Part shown: positions 39,430 to 50,500 of the stretch, one piece after another
How positions within the stretch are numbered: position 1 is the stretch's first letter
Layout: each line of letters starts with the position of its first letter
Source of the DNA: Thermodesulfobacteriota bacterium
Lineage (GTDB): Bacteria > Desulfobacterota > Desulfarculia > JACQYL01
Assembly (NCBI GenBank): GCA_963675595.2
Contig: CAXXLZ010000002.1
Coordinates: 1,760,001 to 1,824,000, forward strand
Length of the DNA: 64,000 bases
Direction of reading: 5' to 3'
Program-made: the position numbers and the translations under genes
The notes under the pieces: model-generated
Databases searched by the model: none
Told to the model about the DNA's origin: nothing
The model's input: the letters and a program-made list of their open reading frames with translations, nothing else

Positions 39430-41094
39430 CTATCCACGTTGCACGCCCGCCGTTCCCTCGCGGACGTTTTGTTTCACGGGACCCGCGGAATCCGAGCGTC
39501 GCCCTGCAGCGGAAGCGAATTCCACCGTCCCTGTACGCCGAAGAAACCTGAGGGCGGTCACGCTCTTGGAAGGCCAATGATCCGGGGGATGGTCCAGCCT
39601 GAAATGGCCGCCGATGCTTACCGGACGCGCCAGAGCCGCTTCCGCGACCCGGTTCAGAGTTCGAATCCTGTGGCGCCGGTCAAAATAGGTCGACGAAGTC
39701 AGTCGACCGTGGGACCAAAGATCGTCCAGCTCGGACATCAGGCGCTTCGTCCGTTCCATGGTCTTTCGAAGCTCCATGCCTTCCCTGACCACCGCGATAG
39801 ACCCGATGCCCTCCGCAAGGGCCTCCATGAGCCCATCAGGGAAAGCCTCGTCCGACTTCGGCCCCAAAAGTCTTTCTTCCACCGAAGGCAGAGAGGCCCT
39901 TGTTGCGGATTTCATGCTCCGCCGAGCCGCGCTTTCTCCGGCAACAGCCCCGAAAACCTGGGTCGAGGTCATCATGTTGCCGCCCAGCCGATCCGCTCCG
40001 TGCATCCCACCCGCCGCCTCGCCCGCGGCGAAAAGGTTGGGTACCGAAGTCTCTCCGCGAACGTCGACGGCCAATCCTCCGTTACAAGCATGGGACAAAG
40101 GAATCACCGGGACCCTTTCATCGCCGTCGGTCAATTCCACCCCCGGCCTTCCCGCTCCTCCCAAACTCACGGCGGCATCGATCACGCCCGAAACGTCTCG
40201 ACAACTGAAGGGAAAATGAGTGCCGCGGAGTCGTATCGCTTCCTCCGCCTGCTCCTCGGACTCGAAAAATTCGTTCCACAGATTTCTTCCCTGCGCATCC
40301 TTGAGCGCTTTTTGTACCGACAATCGTTCCGGGAGCAGAAAGCTCTTTGTTCCCCCGGAAACCGTACCCAGCATGAACTGGACGAATTCCGTGTGAATCG
40401 TCCGCGCTCCGACGTCCGTTCCGAGGCTCAGAGCATCTCCACACAAACCCGGATCGCAGAGGCTCATGGGATAAAGTCCCGCGAAGCCCCCCGCGGCCAA
40501 AACCAAGGCTCCGCTCCGGATGCGAAGCACCCCGTCTCCTTGAAGACCCGTGGCGCCCACGCACACGCCGTCCTTGATTTCCAGACGCACGGCACGAAAG
40601 TCCTGAACCAAACCGACGCCCCGGCGTTTCAACCGCTCCGACATGGCCCGTACGTACGAATCGATGGATTCCAAAACAAAGGCCCTGGGATACTTCCCAA
40701 AACAGCCCTTGATCCGCAGGAAGTCCCCTTCGACGCGCCTCCGAAACCTCACCCCCCAGGACATCAGGTCCCGTAATCTTTCCGGGGCGCGGGACACCAG
40801 TACTTCCACGAGCCCCGGATCGGCCAATCCCGATCCGGCCTCCAGGGTTTCCTCGAAATGCGCTTCCCGGGTATCGCCGGGCAGAGTCGAATCCCATGCC
40901 GCCTGTATGCCCCATCCCGGGGCAAGGCGGGCGAAAGAGGATCCATGATGCAGATAGGCGCCCTTACAGGCAAGGAGCACGCGCGCTCCCACGTCCGCCG
41001 CGGCCGCGGCGGCCCGCAATCCCGCCGCACCGGCCCCCAAGACCAGCACGTCCGTATCAAGGACCGAACTCTCGGCGCGACGTTCCGACCCCAT
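39430..41094 (-). CDS. FAD-dependent oxidoreductase, SdhA/FrdA/NadB-like
   Basis: GAGAAG, LAAGG, EFVQF, HACNGG, AAGEAAGGMHGADRLGGN. Confidence 0.88.
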   Translation of the reverse strand: MGSERRAESSVLDTDVLVLGAGAAGLRAAAAAADVGARVLLACKGAYLHHGSSFARLAPGWGIQAAWDSTLPGDTREAHFEETLEAGSGLADPGLVEVLVSRAPERLRDLMSWGVRFRRRVEGDFLRIKGCFGKYPRAFVLESIDSYVRAMSERLKRRGVGLVQDFRAVRLEIKDGVCVGATGLQGDGVLRIRSGALVLAAGGFAGLYPMSLCDPGLCGDALSLGTDVGARTIHTEFVQFMLGTVSGGTKSFLLPERLSVQKALKDAQGRNLWNEFFESEEQAEEAIRLRGTHFPFSCRDVSGVIDAAVSLGGAGRPGVELTDGDERVPVIPLSHACNGGLAVDVRGETSVPNLFAAGEAAGGMHGADRLGGNMMTSTQVFGAVAGESAARRSMKSATRASLPSVEERLLGPKSDEAFPDGLMEALAEGIGSIAVVREGMELRKTMERTKRLMSELDDLWSHGRLTSSTYFDRRHRIRTLNRVAEAALARPVSIGGHFRLDHPPDHWPSKSVTALRFLRRTGTVEFASAAGRRSDSAGPVKQNVREGTAGVQRG

Positions 41095-41097
41095 CGT

Positions 41098-42324
41098 TCA
41101 GCACATCCTCTCCCGGACTTGCCGGTCGGCTTGCGGTGCGCGACCTCTCCACGAGCCCGAAAGCACGTCCACCACCAAATCCAGTTCCGCCTCGACATTG
41201 TAGAAATGGGGAGACAATGCGTATCGGTCCCCCTTGGACACGACTTGGATTCCCGCTTGCTTGAGCCGGGCGCTCGGATCATCCCCCGAGGCTTTGGTCC
41301 TTCCTCGCACGATGCCGGACCGCTCCATTGGGGAAAGGGCGTCCAGGGGCCCCATGCCGTGCTCCCGCAATCGAAGGCACAGCGATTCCGCCAAGCTCCG
41401 AACACGCGCTTCGACCCGCTCCGGCCCCCAATCCGTGAACAGTTCCAAAGCACGATTCAAACCCAAAATGCCCGGTACGTTCAAAGCGCCTCTTTCGAAC
41501 CGAGCGGCCCCCTTCCGAAATTCCAGTTGATAATCGAGATATTGATCCCGATTGCGCACGCCGGCGGCCCCCGGATAGGCAACGGTCAGTCGTTCCAGGA
41601 GCCGTGGAGAACAGTACCAGAACCCCGCGCCCTCGGGCGCAAGCAGCCACTTTCGCCCCTCAACGACCAGGGCGTCCACAAAGTCCGCCGCCACGTCCAC
41701 CCGAACCTGACCCAAAGCCTGGGTAGCGTCCGCCACGAAAATGATTCCCCGTTCTCGGCAATGGGCTCCTATCTCGCGGAACGCGATGCGCTGACCCGTG
41801 ACAAAGGAAACCAGACTGAGGCAAACCACCTTCACGCGGGAGTCCAACGCCCGATATACGTCCTCCGGCCGGACCAATCCATCCCGTTCCCTCACCCGAA
41901 TCCAATGAACTTCCACCCCTTTGCGCGAAAGGTTCATCCAGGGGTACACCGAGGACGGATACTCCACGTCGGACAGCAGCACGCGCTCCCCCGGTTTGAA
42001 CTCCAATCCCTGCGCCACATGGTTGATTCCTTCGGCGGTGTTGGAGATGAACGCCGTATCCTCGGGTTTCGCACCGATAAACCGAGCGGCGTTCTTCCTA
42101 CAGGTTTCCACCGCTTGAAACCAGGACGACCCGTCCAGAAAGCCTCGATCCCTGCGTCCCTCGAAATAGGAAACCGCCGCAGCCGCAACGCTCGCAGGGA
42201 GGGGAGACCGAACCGCGTGGTTCAGGCAGACAAAATTCTCAGCGACCGGAAACTCCGAATTCCGAATCCATTCGATTTCAGACGAAGAAAAAGGATCCAA
42301 ACCCGGAGCCTCCAACGGGTCCAT
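41098..42324 (-). CDS. Class-V aminotransferase-fold PLP enzyme
   Basis: LNHA, NTAEGI, EYPS, DATQALG, GRKWLLAPEG (PLP lysine), SPHFYN. Start uncertain. Confidence 0.88.
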   Translation of the reverse strand: MDPLEAPGLDPFSSSEIEWIRNSEFPVAENFVCLNHAVRSPLPASVAAAAVSYFEGRRDRGFLDGSSWFQAVETCRKNAARFIGAKPEDTAFISNTAEGINHVAQGLEFKPGERVLLSDVEYPSSVYPWMNLSRKGVEVHWIRVRERDGLVRPEDVYRALDSRVKVVCLSLVSFVTGQRIAFREIGAHCRERGIIFVADATQALGQVRVDVAADFVDALVVEGRKWLLAPEGAGFWYCSPRLLERLTVAYPGAAGVRNRDQYLDYQLEFRKGAARFERGALNVPGILGLNRALELFTDWGPERVEARVRSLAESLCLRLREHGMGPLDALSPMERSGIVRGRTKASGDDPSARLKQAGIQVVSKGDRYALSPHFYNVEAELDLVVDVLSGSWRGRAPQADRQVRERMC

Positions 42325-42367
42325 TGTTTTCGTTAAGCACAGCCCGAATTCATCAACGGCTGCGCCG

Positions 42368-43708
42368 TCAGATCTCGGCGGATTGGGGCGACTCGTGGGA
42401 AGCCCGCTCTTGAGCCAAGCTGCGACAGGTCTCACAGGCCCCCACCAGAGTTTCCGCATCGAGGTCGGTCCACCCCTCAATCAGCATGGCCGTTTTTCGA
42501 CTGATCTCCTCATCCGGAGTCCGGGCGAACAGGCAATCCATGTCCAGCTCGTCGGGATCGAGCAATCCCTTGGAAGTCAACTCATCCCAAAGCGCCGTAC
42601 CCGGAAGCGGAACCAGCAGGTTGGCCGCCACGCCGTCGAAACCGGCTGCCTCAATGAGCCGGAACCGGGATTCCAGTGTCTCATGGTTCTCCCCCGGAAA
42701 CCCGATAATGAAGAAGCCGTAGGCTCGAAGGCCCGCACCATGAATATTGGACACAGCGCTCAGCACGATTTCGTCGGAAATCCTCTTCCCGATGAATCTC
42801 CGGTGGGACGGATGCGTGCTTTCCACTCCAATGGAAACGTACTCGCACCCCGCCTCTTTCATGGCGGCAAGCAATTCCGCATCACTGTCCACGGCGCTGG
42901 TGAGACAGCTCCACCGCACCGGGGGTCGCACTCGCGCCAATCGGTCCGTCACCGCTTTCACGTGCTTGCCCACCGCGGTGAACGTATCGTCCGAAAACCA
43001 TACGAAGCGCTCCCCGAAACCGCTGCGAAGGGCCTCGATTTCCTCCGCAATCCGGTCGGGGCTCCTCAAGCGCACCCGACGGCCCGCCACGGCGGTGGAA
43101 GCGCAATAGGCGCACCGATAGGGGCAACCTCGACTGGTCACCAGACCATAGCGCCGGTATACCTCCATGGGCAGCAAATGGTAGGCGGGTATAGGGAGAG
43201 CGTCCAAATCACGCGCCGGAGGAGCCGGACCGGAACCAACGGCTCCTTTACCGTGCAAACAAGCTCCGTGTACGTTCTCCAGGCAACCGCCCGTGTCCAA
43301 AGTTTCCATCAGCACACAAGAAGCCCGTTCTCCTTCCCCCCGGATCACCAGGTCCACGGCTCCGTCCGCGTCTCTCAGCAGGCGTTCCCAGTAGGCCGAA
43401 GCGTGATTTCCGCCCACGAAGACCGGCACCGGCATAACCTGCTTCACCATCTTGGCCAGGTCCACCGTGGCGTGGTGTTTGGTGATGTAGTTGCAGGATA
43501 TGCCCACGGCCGTGGGGGAAAACGATTCCATGCGCGACACCGTTTCCCGGACAGACAGATTCAAGGCGTCCGCTTCGACCACCTGCACCTCGTGGCCCGC
43601 CTCCTCCAGCACCGCCGCCACCAGTCCCACGGCAAGGGGAGGATCGCTGGGCGGTCCGAACAATTCCCGCATCCGGTAATTGGGCACCACCAAAGATACT
43701 CGGCTCAT
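42368..43708 (-). CDS. B12-binding radical SAM protein
   Basis: N-terminal cobalamin-binding domain (PPL...GGNHAS), TSRGCPYRCAYC, DDTF, GVES, FIIGFPGE. Confidence 0.93.
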   Translation of the reverse strand: MSRVSLVVPNYRMRELFGPPSDPPLAVGLVAAVLEEAGHEVQVVEADALNLSVRETVSRMESFSPTAVGISCNYITKHHATVDLAKMVKQVMPVPVFVGGNHASAYWERLLRDADGAVDLVIRGEGERASCVLMETLDTGGCLENVHGACLHGKGAVGSGPAPPARDLDALPIPAYHLLPMEVYRRYGLVTSRGCPYRCAYCASTAVAGRRVRLRSPDRIAEEIEALRSGFGERFVWFSDDTFTAVGKHVKAVTDRLARVRPPVRWSCLTSAVDSDAELLAAMKEAGCEYVSIGVESTHPSHRRFIGKRISDEIVLSAVSNIHGAGLRAYGFFIIGFPGENHETLESRFRLIEAAGFDGVAANLLVPLPGTALWDELTSKGLLDPDELDMDCLFARTPDEEISRKTAMLIEGWTDLDAETLVGACETCRSLAQERASHESPQSAEI

Positions 43709-43926
43709 GGCAGGTTCCCGCCGCTCAGGTCTGTTCGCATGAATTCACTTTTCCGGGGTTGGTTTGCCAACATCTCCTCCCGGCCCCTCACCCAAAATTT
43801 GATGGCGGCCCCACCGCCCTCGGACAAGGAACTAATCGTGGAGCCGATTTTCACGTGTTCGGAAATCCATAATTGCGAAAAACTCAGGGCCGACCGCCGC
43901 ATGGACACGCGAAGATGTGAACTGCC

Positions 43927-44811
43927 TCAACAAGCGCAGGCGGACGCCGAGGTCGATCCCAGGCTCTCCAGGACCCGGTCCAAGCCCCATTCCAGGGAAG
44001 TGAATCGCAGGTCGGGAAGGAAGGACCGGAGCAGGGATATGTCGCCCAAAAGGTTCCAGCTAGGGGCTGCTCCCACTTCGAAGACCGGTGATCGGCCCAT
44101 CTTGCCGCCGATCTTCTCGGCCAGTTCCCGAATAGATACCGCCTCCGGCCCGCCCAAATTGATCGCCCCGGCGATTTGTTTCTCGACAATACCCTTGATC
44201 GCCTCCGCCACGTCGTCCACAAAGATCGGATTGATTCGTGGACTTCCCTGCCGATTGTTCAGGCGAATCCTCTCCCCTTCCATGACACGTCGCGCCAAGT
44301 TGGGAATCAGCCTGTTTCGCCGCCCCGGTCCGTAAGGAAAGAACGGCCTGACCAGAGTCAGGCACACGCCCTCCAAAGACCTCGTCAACAACTCCTCCGC
44401 CTGGACCTTGCTCCTTGAATAAGCGTCCTCCGGAGCGAGAGGCGCGTCTTCCCCAATGGGATCAAGGCCTCGTGCGTACACGCCCCCGGTGGAAAAGAAC
44501 ACGAAATGAGACACCTCGGCTTTGCCGGCGAACTCCGCCAGCACTCGGCACGGGTGCACATTGCACGCATGGTAGTCTTCTTCCGAGAATCCCGGTTGAT
44601 GTCCCACCGCCGCACCCGCGTGAATCACCACATCCACCCGATCGGGAAGCGATTCCATGGGGAGGGCGTCCAAGAAATCCCAGACTGCGGAGACCCCGTT
44701 TCCCGGCCGCCTGCCTAACCCCACGACCTCGTGTTCCTCACCCAAGACCTCGGCCAAGCGCCCCCCCACAAGACCCGACACGCCGGTGATCAGGATGCGC
44801 CGACGGGTCAT
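43927..44811 (-). CDS. NAD-dependent epimerase/dehydratase (extended SDR)
   Basis: ITGVSGLVG, FSTGGVY, YSRSK, PYGPG. ATG 44811 overlaps the upstream stop. Confidence 0.9.
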   Translation of the reverse strand: MTRRRILITGVSGLVGGRLAEVLGEEHEVVGLGRRPGNGVSAVWDFLDALPMESLPDRVDVVIHAGAAVGHQPGFSEEDYHACNVHPCRVLAEFAGKAEVSHFVFFSTGGVYARGLDPIGEDAPLAPEDAYSRSKVQAEELLTRSLEGVCLTLVRPFFPYGPGRRNRLIPNLARRVMEGERIRLNNRQGSPRINPIFVDDVAEAIKGIVEKQIAGAINLGGPEAVSIRELAEKIGGKMGRSPVFEVGAAPSWNLLGDISLLRSFLPDLRFTSLEWGLDRVLESLGSTSASACAC

Positions 44812-45608
44812 GAATTCACCACCCTGGAAAGACGTGCCGCTCGGTATTTCTTGTCCAATTTCTTCCGGTCCTTGAGATATCGGCTGTTGTATCGGATGAA
44901 TTCCGTCACCCCCTGGGTGTAGCGGTCCTGTGTATTCCGACAGCTCTTCAATACCCGCTCTTCCCAATCGCCATCGCCGTTGACCCACCATACGGGGTGG
45001 ATCACCACCTGCATGTTCCGTCCTTCCTCCAGGTGCCCGCACCAGCATCCCGCCCGCCAGTTGCACCCGCTGTCGGAAAGATATTTGATCTCGCTGAAGA
45101 AGCGGTCGCTGAACGCGTCGTAAGGCGCACAGGAAGCGATGCGCAGTTCCGTCTCTCGCTCGATGAGATCCATGGTGGGCACGTGCCGCGCAATGGAGAC
45201 TACGGGTTCCCCCACCAAAGCCCCGAGAAGGGCCAGGTCTCGCTGAAATCCGGCCACGACCGGCTCATGGGTTTCCAGATAATAGGACACGTCGTAATGA
45301 AAACCGATTTCGTGCCCCATGGAACGAATTCTCTGGAGGCACTGATGGCCGTGCAGGTCCATGACGTTGTAGAAGGGAGAGCGAAGCTGCACGAAATAGG
45401 TGGACCGGATGAACAGGTCGTATTCGGCTTCCGCCATGACCACGGCGTCATCCAACGACAGATCCACATCGTGCCGGAGGAAGATGATGGGATCTTCGGC
45501 CACCCTCGGTCGGTCCGCGTCCTTGAAACGAAGGAACAGGTATCGCTTTCTGGCCAGTTCCAAGGTTTCCCTGAAGTGATTCAGACTGAACTCGCAGCCC
45601 TCCGCCAT
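44808..45608 (-). CDS. Polysaccharide deacetylase-like protein
   Basis: LRHDVD, STYFV, GHEIGFHY, YLSDS and HPVWW motifs. Confidence 0.75.
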   Translation of the reverse strand: MAEGCEFSLNHFRETLELARKRYLFLRFKDADRPRVAEDPIIFLRHDVDLSLDDAVVMAEAEYDLFIRSTYFVQLRSPFYNVMDLHGHQCLQRIRSMGHEIGFHYDVSYYLETHEPVVAGFQRDLALLGALVGEPVVSIARHVPTMDLIERETELRIASCAPYDAFSDRFFSEIKYLSDSGCNWRAGCWCGHLEEGRNMQVVIHPVWWVNGDGDWEERVLKSCRNTQDRYTQGVTEFIRYNSRYLKDRKKLDKKYRAARLSRVVNS

Positions 45609-45656
45609 GGTCTTCTCCCTCTCCCTGCTTGATGCCCCTTGAAACCGAAAAAAGCC

Positions 45657-46541
45657 CTACACGTTCTTTCTCAGAACCTTCGCGGGATTCCCGCATACCA
45701 CCACACCTGCTTCCACAGGCTTTGTGACCACACTCCCCATACCCACCAGCACGCGATCCCGAATCTCGATCCGGTCGATAAGACAGGAGTTGGGACCGAT
45801 CCAGCAATCGGACCCGATCTTGACGCTTCCGCTGATTTCCGCCCCGGCAATGAGCACCGTATTCTCGCCGATATGGACGTTGTGCGCGATGAACACCTGG
45901 TCGTCCACTTTGACGTACGAGGAAAGTACCGTATCGTCCAGACTCCCGCGCGCAATGCTGACCAACGCGCCGATCTCCACATGGTCGCCGAGCACCACGC
46001 CCCCCGAGTGGGGAAACCGCAAGGGACGGCCCTGTTCATCGAACTCAAAACCGAACCCCGTTTCTCCGATGACCGTGTTGGACCCAATGCGACAATGGGC
46101 GCCGATTCGGGTTCCTTGCCGAATCACCACGTGAGCTCCGATGCGGGTTCCTTCTCCCAACGAAACTCCGGTTTCGATCACGCTGAAATGCCCGATGGTC
46201 ACTCCCGAGCCGATGGTTGCCCCTTCCTCGACCACCGCGGTGGGAGCGATCCAGGCATCGGGGGCCGGGTCGAAAAACCGGCGAAGTGCCTTGACAAAGT
46301 CCAGCCTGGGTTTGTCGGTTCGGATATGAGGAACGGAAAGCCCGGCGTATTCCCTCGGGACAAGGACCAGCACGCGGCTCAGCCCTCCGATGATTTTATC
46401 ATCGGAAAAATCCGGATCATTAATGAAAAGCACGTCGCCTGGTGAAGCGGAATTGAGGGAGCCGGGTCCCCGGATGTCCACGTCCTCGCCCACCAGCGAT
46501 TTCCCCAAGAAATCGGCGATATCCGAAGCGCGCACCGTCAT
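45657..46541 (-). CDS. LpxD-like hexapeptide-repeat acyltransferase
   Basis: LpxD-like N-domain, left-handed beta-helix repeats, GFGF, IAHNV, GNPAK. Confidence 0.88.
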   Translation of the reverse strand: MTVRASDIADFLGKSLVGEDVDIRGPGSLNSASPGDVLFINDPDFSDDKIIGGLSRVLVLVPREYAGLSVPHIRTDKPRLDFVKALRRFFDPAPDAWIAPTAVVEEGATIGSGVTIGHFSVIETGVSLGEGTRIGAHVVIRQGTRIGAHCRIGSNTVIGETGFGFEFDEQGRPLRFPHSGGVVLGDHVEIGALVSIARGSLDDTVLSSYVKVDDQVFIAHNVHIGENTVLIAGAEISGSVKIGSDCWIGPNSCLIDRIEIRDRVLVGMGSVVTKPVEAGVVVCGNPAKVLRKNV

Positions 46542-46572
46542 GATGGGTTTCTCCTCGGGATTCGGCCCCAAC

Positions 46573-47526
46573 TCAGACCTTGTTCCCGTAGTATTCCGCC
46601 GTTCGGCGGATGCCGTCCTCCAGGTCCACCTTGGCCTCAAAATTGAGCAGTTGTTTCGCTTTTTTCACCGAGGGAATCCGCAGTTCCACGTCCGCATAGT
46701 CCCGCTGGGTAAACACTACTTGGGAGGAGGAACCGAGTACCCGAATCACCGTGTTGGCCAAACCGAAAATCGTGGTTACCGCCTTCTGGTTGCCGATGTT
46801 GAAGCTCTCGCCCACCGCCTTGGGATGAACCATGGTCAGAAGCACCCCGTCCACCATGTCGTCCACATAGCACCACGCTCGAATCTGAGTACCGTCCCCG
46901 TGGACCTCGATGGTTTGGCCCTTGATCGCCCTGGAAATGAAGGTCTTGAGCGCTCCTTCTCCCACCTGCCCGGGACCATACACGTTGAACGGCCGAACGA
47001 TGCTGATGGGCAGCCAGCGCTCCTGGTAGTAGGCCGTGGCCAAATGCTCCGTGCTCAGTTTGCTCACCGCGTAAGTCCATCGAGCCTCGCCCACCTTGCC
47101 CACCACCGAGTTGTCCGTTTCCGTGGCGCAGAAGGAGTACTGCCCGAAAACCTCGCTGGTGGAAAAACACACCACACGGTCCACACGGTTCAGGCGGGAG
47201 GCCGCTTCCAAAACATTGGCCGATCCCACCATGTTCACCCGCATGGTCTGCACCGGTTTGAGGATCACCGTGTCGATGCCGGCAATGGCCGCGCAGTGCA
47301 CCACGATATCCGAGCCTTCCATGGCCTCACTCAGCCCTTCGAAATCCAAGACGTCTCCGTGGACCAGCGTCAGGTTGGGATGGTCGCGGTAGGGCTTGTC
47401 TTTGAGCGAGTTGCGCGAAAGATTATCGTAGGCCGTAATGCGGTTCTTTTCCACCAGCCGCTCGATAAGACTCGAACCGATAAATCCGGCTCCCCCGGTA
47501 ATAAAGACTTTCTTGTCCTGAATCAT
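46573..47526 (-). CDS. NAD-dependent nucleotide-sugar epimerase/dehydratase
   Basis: ITGGAGFIG, STSEVFG, YAVSK, FNVYGPGQ, GDGTQIR. Confidence 0.93.
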   Translation of the reverse strand: MIQDKKVFITGGAGFIGSSLIERLVEKNRITAYDNLSRNSLKDKPYRDHPNLTLVHGDVLDFEGLSEAMEGSDIVVHCAAIAGIDTVILKPVQTMRVNMVGSANVLEAASRLNRVDRVVCFSTSEVFGQYSFCATETDNSVVGKVGEARWTYAVSKLSTEHLATAYYQERWLPISIVRPFNVYGPGQVGEGALKTFISRAIKGQTIEVHGDGTQIRAWCYVDDMVDGVLLTMVHPKAVGESFNIGNQKAVTTIFGLANTVIRVLGSSSQVVFTQRDYADVELRIPSVKKAKQLLNFEAKVDLEDGIRRTAEYYGNKV

Positions 47527-47538
47527 GGCGCTTTGCTT

Positions 47539-50500
47539 TCACTCCCCGAACATCAAGGTGTCGTAGATTTCCTTCAATTGGGCGGCGACCGATCGGATGT
47601 CGTGAACACGCTCCACATAGGCTCTGCCGCGACGCCCCAGTTGCTCCCTGAGTTCTCGATCCAACGTCAACGACTTCAACCGTTCGTATAAGTTCGACGG
47701 ATCCGCGTTGACGATGGGCATGGGCTCGTAGCCGTGTTCTTCATGCTCCTCCAGATACCGGGGTTCGAGATAGCACACCGCCGGTTTGCCCAGGCTCATG
47801 GCCTCGATGGACACGGCCCCGTGCCACCCGGTGAGCAGCTGGTCCACGAACACGTCGCAGGCGTTGATCCACTCCCGGACCTCCTCAAAAGAAACACCTT
47901 CGAGCAGTTTCAGGCGCACGGAGTGCCCTTCGGCCTTGAGCCTGTCCACCGCCTCCACCACGTGCCTGCTGCCTTTGAGATCCGAAGCCGAGGGCGCGTG
48001 GCAGATCAGCACGCTTCTTCCTTTTCGTGGGAGGTCCACTGAAACGGGAAACGGCTTCCAGTACTCCAGGTCATACCCTAAAGGCAGGTACCGGTAAGGC
48101 TGCCGCAGGAGACCGGAATTCTCCGGATAGCTCAGAATCACGTCCGCGTGCTCCTCCCAGAAACCGGCAATGGCCCGCTTGTCTGAAGAACGGCACGGCT
48201 CGATACGACAAATCTCGCAGGGATTGAAGGCTCTCCCGTCCGTGAGCACGGCGTCTCTGGCGCGAATATCACACCCCACGAACTGCATGACGATCTTCTT
48301 GCCCAGTCGTTTGAGGAGGGGAACATCCGCGTACCCGGGCATGAGGGAACGGCCGTAAATGAAATGGAAAACGTCGAAGCGGTCGGCCAGGTCCTTGACG
48401 AGGACTTCCAGATTCGCCCGGTACTCCCGACCTTCACCCGAAATGCGGATGAATTCGTCGGAACCATACCGGAACCGATGGTCCCAGAAGGACACGGAGC
48501 GGGCCGCGACGCCCATCTCCCTGAGGGCCCGCGCGTTACGACGATTATATCCCACGATTTCACTGGGACCGAAAAAGACCCGATAACCCGCTCCCGGTTC
48601 GCATTCCGGCACCTCTTCGTCCCTTTGAACGACGTAGGGCACGGGCTTTTCCGAAACATGGCTCCGGAGGGACGGTGAGCCCTCCGGCGGAATCTCCGGT
48701 GAGCCGATTTCATCACCGCGGATACTCACCGCCGAGTCATCGACCGCTTCGACGGGATTCTTCCACCCGTCGGATACACGGGGAGCCGTCTCGCGCATTG
48801 TCCCCTTGGGCCGCAGGTACTCGCCTTCCCGCAGCAGACCGGTCCAGGTCTCGTAGGAAAACAGCCGCCACAAAGGCCAGCTCAAATCCTCCTTGCCCTC
48901 CGAATGCCGAACCAACATCTCCCGGATTCTTTGGGCCGGCATGATCTGGGTCACATTGGAATTGGGAGCCAGCAGCAGGGCCTCCAACTCGTTTCGGAAC
49001 CGGTCGGCCGCCCATTCCTTGAACGGGGTGGGAAAGCCCTTTTTGTCCTTCCGCCAGGCAATGGCTTCCGGAAGGAAATGCGCCGCCGCCTTTCGGAAGA
49101 CATACTTGGACCAACCATGGTGAACCTTGAACGCCGACGGCAACGAAAAAGCGAATTCCACGAGTCTGTGATCCAGAAAGGGGACGCGTGATTCAATGGA
49201 ATAGGCCATGCTGTTTCGGTCTTCGTTCCTCAGAAGGGCAGGCAGTCTCGAAAACGCGAGTTCCCGATACAGGAAATCGTTCAAACGGTCCTGAAATTTC
49301 CCAACGTCGCCGTTCTTCATTCCCTCGGCCGAAGCAATGCCTTGGGTCAGCTTATCCAAAGCGTGCACGCAACCGAAATGCTCGGTCATCCCCGAAACTT
49401 CGTGTTTGAGCGCCGTCAGACGACGCTCCCGGAACAGGCTCCCAAGGAAAAAGGGCAGGTAGAAGTCGTAACCCGCGAAAAGTTCGTCCCCGCCTTGACC
49501 GTCCAGCAACACTTTGACCTCCGAAGAGGCGAGCTTCATGATGAACCACTGGGGGATGATTCCGTAGGCCAGGGTGGGCTCGTCGAAGTACCAGAGCATG
49601 TCCCGCACGAGGTCCGACAGGTCGCCGGGTTCGACCTTGAGCCGGAACGGGCGTGTGGGAAACCGTTCGGCCGCCAGGTCCGCGTACGGCCGCTCATCGT
49701 AGTCCGGACCTTCATCGAAATAAGTGGTGAAGGTGTACACGGGCTCCACATGTTTCGAGGCCATGGCCACCACGGAACTCGAGTCCAATCCGCCGCTCAG
49801 GCACACGCCCAGGGGAACGTCGCTCCTCAGATGCAGACGGACCGATTCTTCGACCAGGGCCTCCAATTTCTCGGCCGTGTCCGAAACATGGGACGGCTCG
49901 TCGATGCAAAGACCGTCTCCGGCTTCAAACACGTCCCAATAGCGTTTTTTGAGGGACCCATCCGCGTCGCAAAGAAAATTGTGAGCCGGCGGGAACCGAC
50001 GGATGCCCTGAATCAGACAATCCTCGATCCCGTCCACAATGCCCGTTTGGAAGTAAGTCTGCACCGACTTGGAATTGAGCCCCAGCGGGAGTTTTTCGCG
50101 AGACAGATAGTAGAGCAGGGCCTTGATCTCCGACGCGAAAACGATGAATTCTTCTTTCAGATAATAATACAGGGGCTTGATGCCGAAGCGGTCCCTGCAC
50201 AGCCACAACCTTTGTTCGCGATCGTCCGCCAGCGCAAAGGCCCACATGCCCACGAAACGCTCGGCCGCTTCCGGCCCCCACTCTTCATAGGCATGGAGAA
50301 TCACCTCCGTGTCCGAATCGGATCGGAACCGATGCCCCCGAGCCGCCAGTTCCTTTCGCAGCTCGACGTAGTTGTAGATTTCCCCGTTGTAGGTCAACCA
50401 TAGGGAACCGTCCTCGTTGCACATGGGCTGGTGGCCGCGGGAAGACAGATCGATTATGCTCAGGCGGACGTGTCCCAAGGTCCAGTGGTCGCCCTGCCGG

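Noticed and set aside
43705-43908. 67-aa ORF between the SDR and radical SAM genes
   Set aside because: No motif or clear RBS, so it cannot be supported, although it fills the gap on the right strand.
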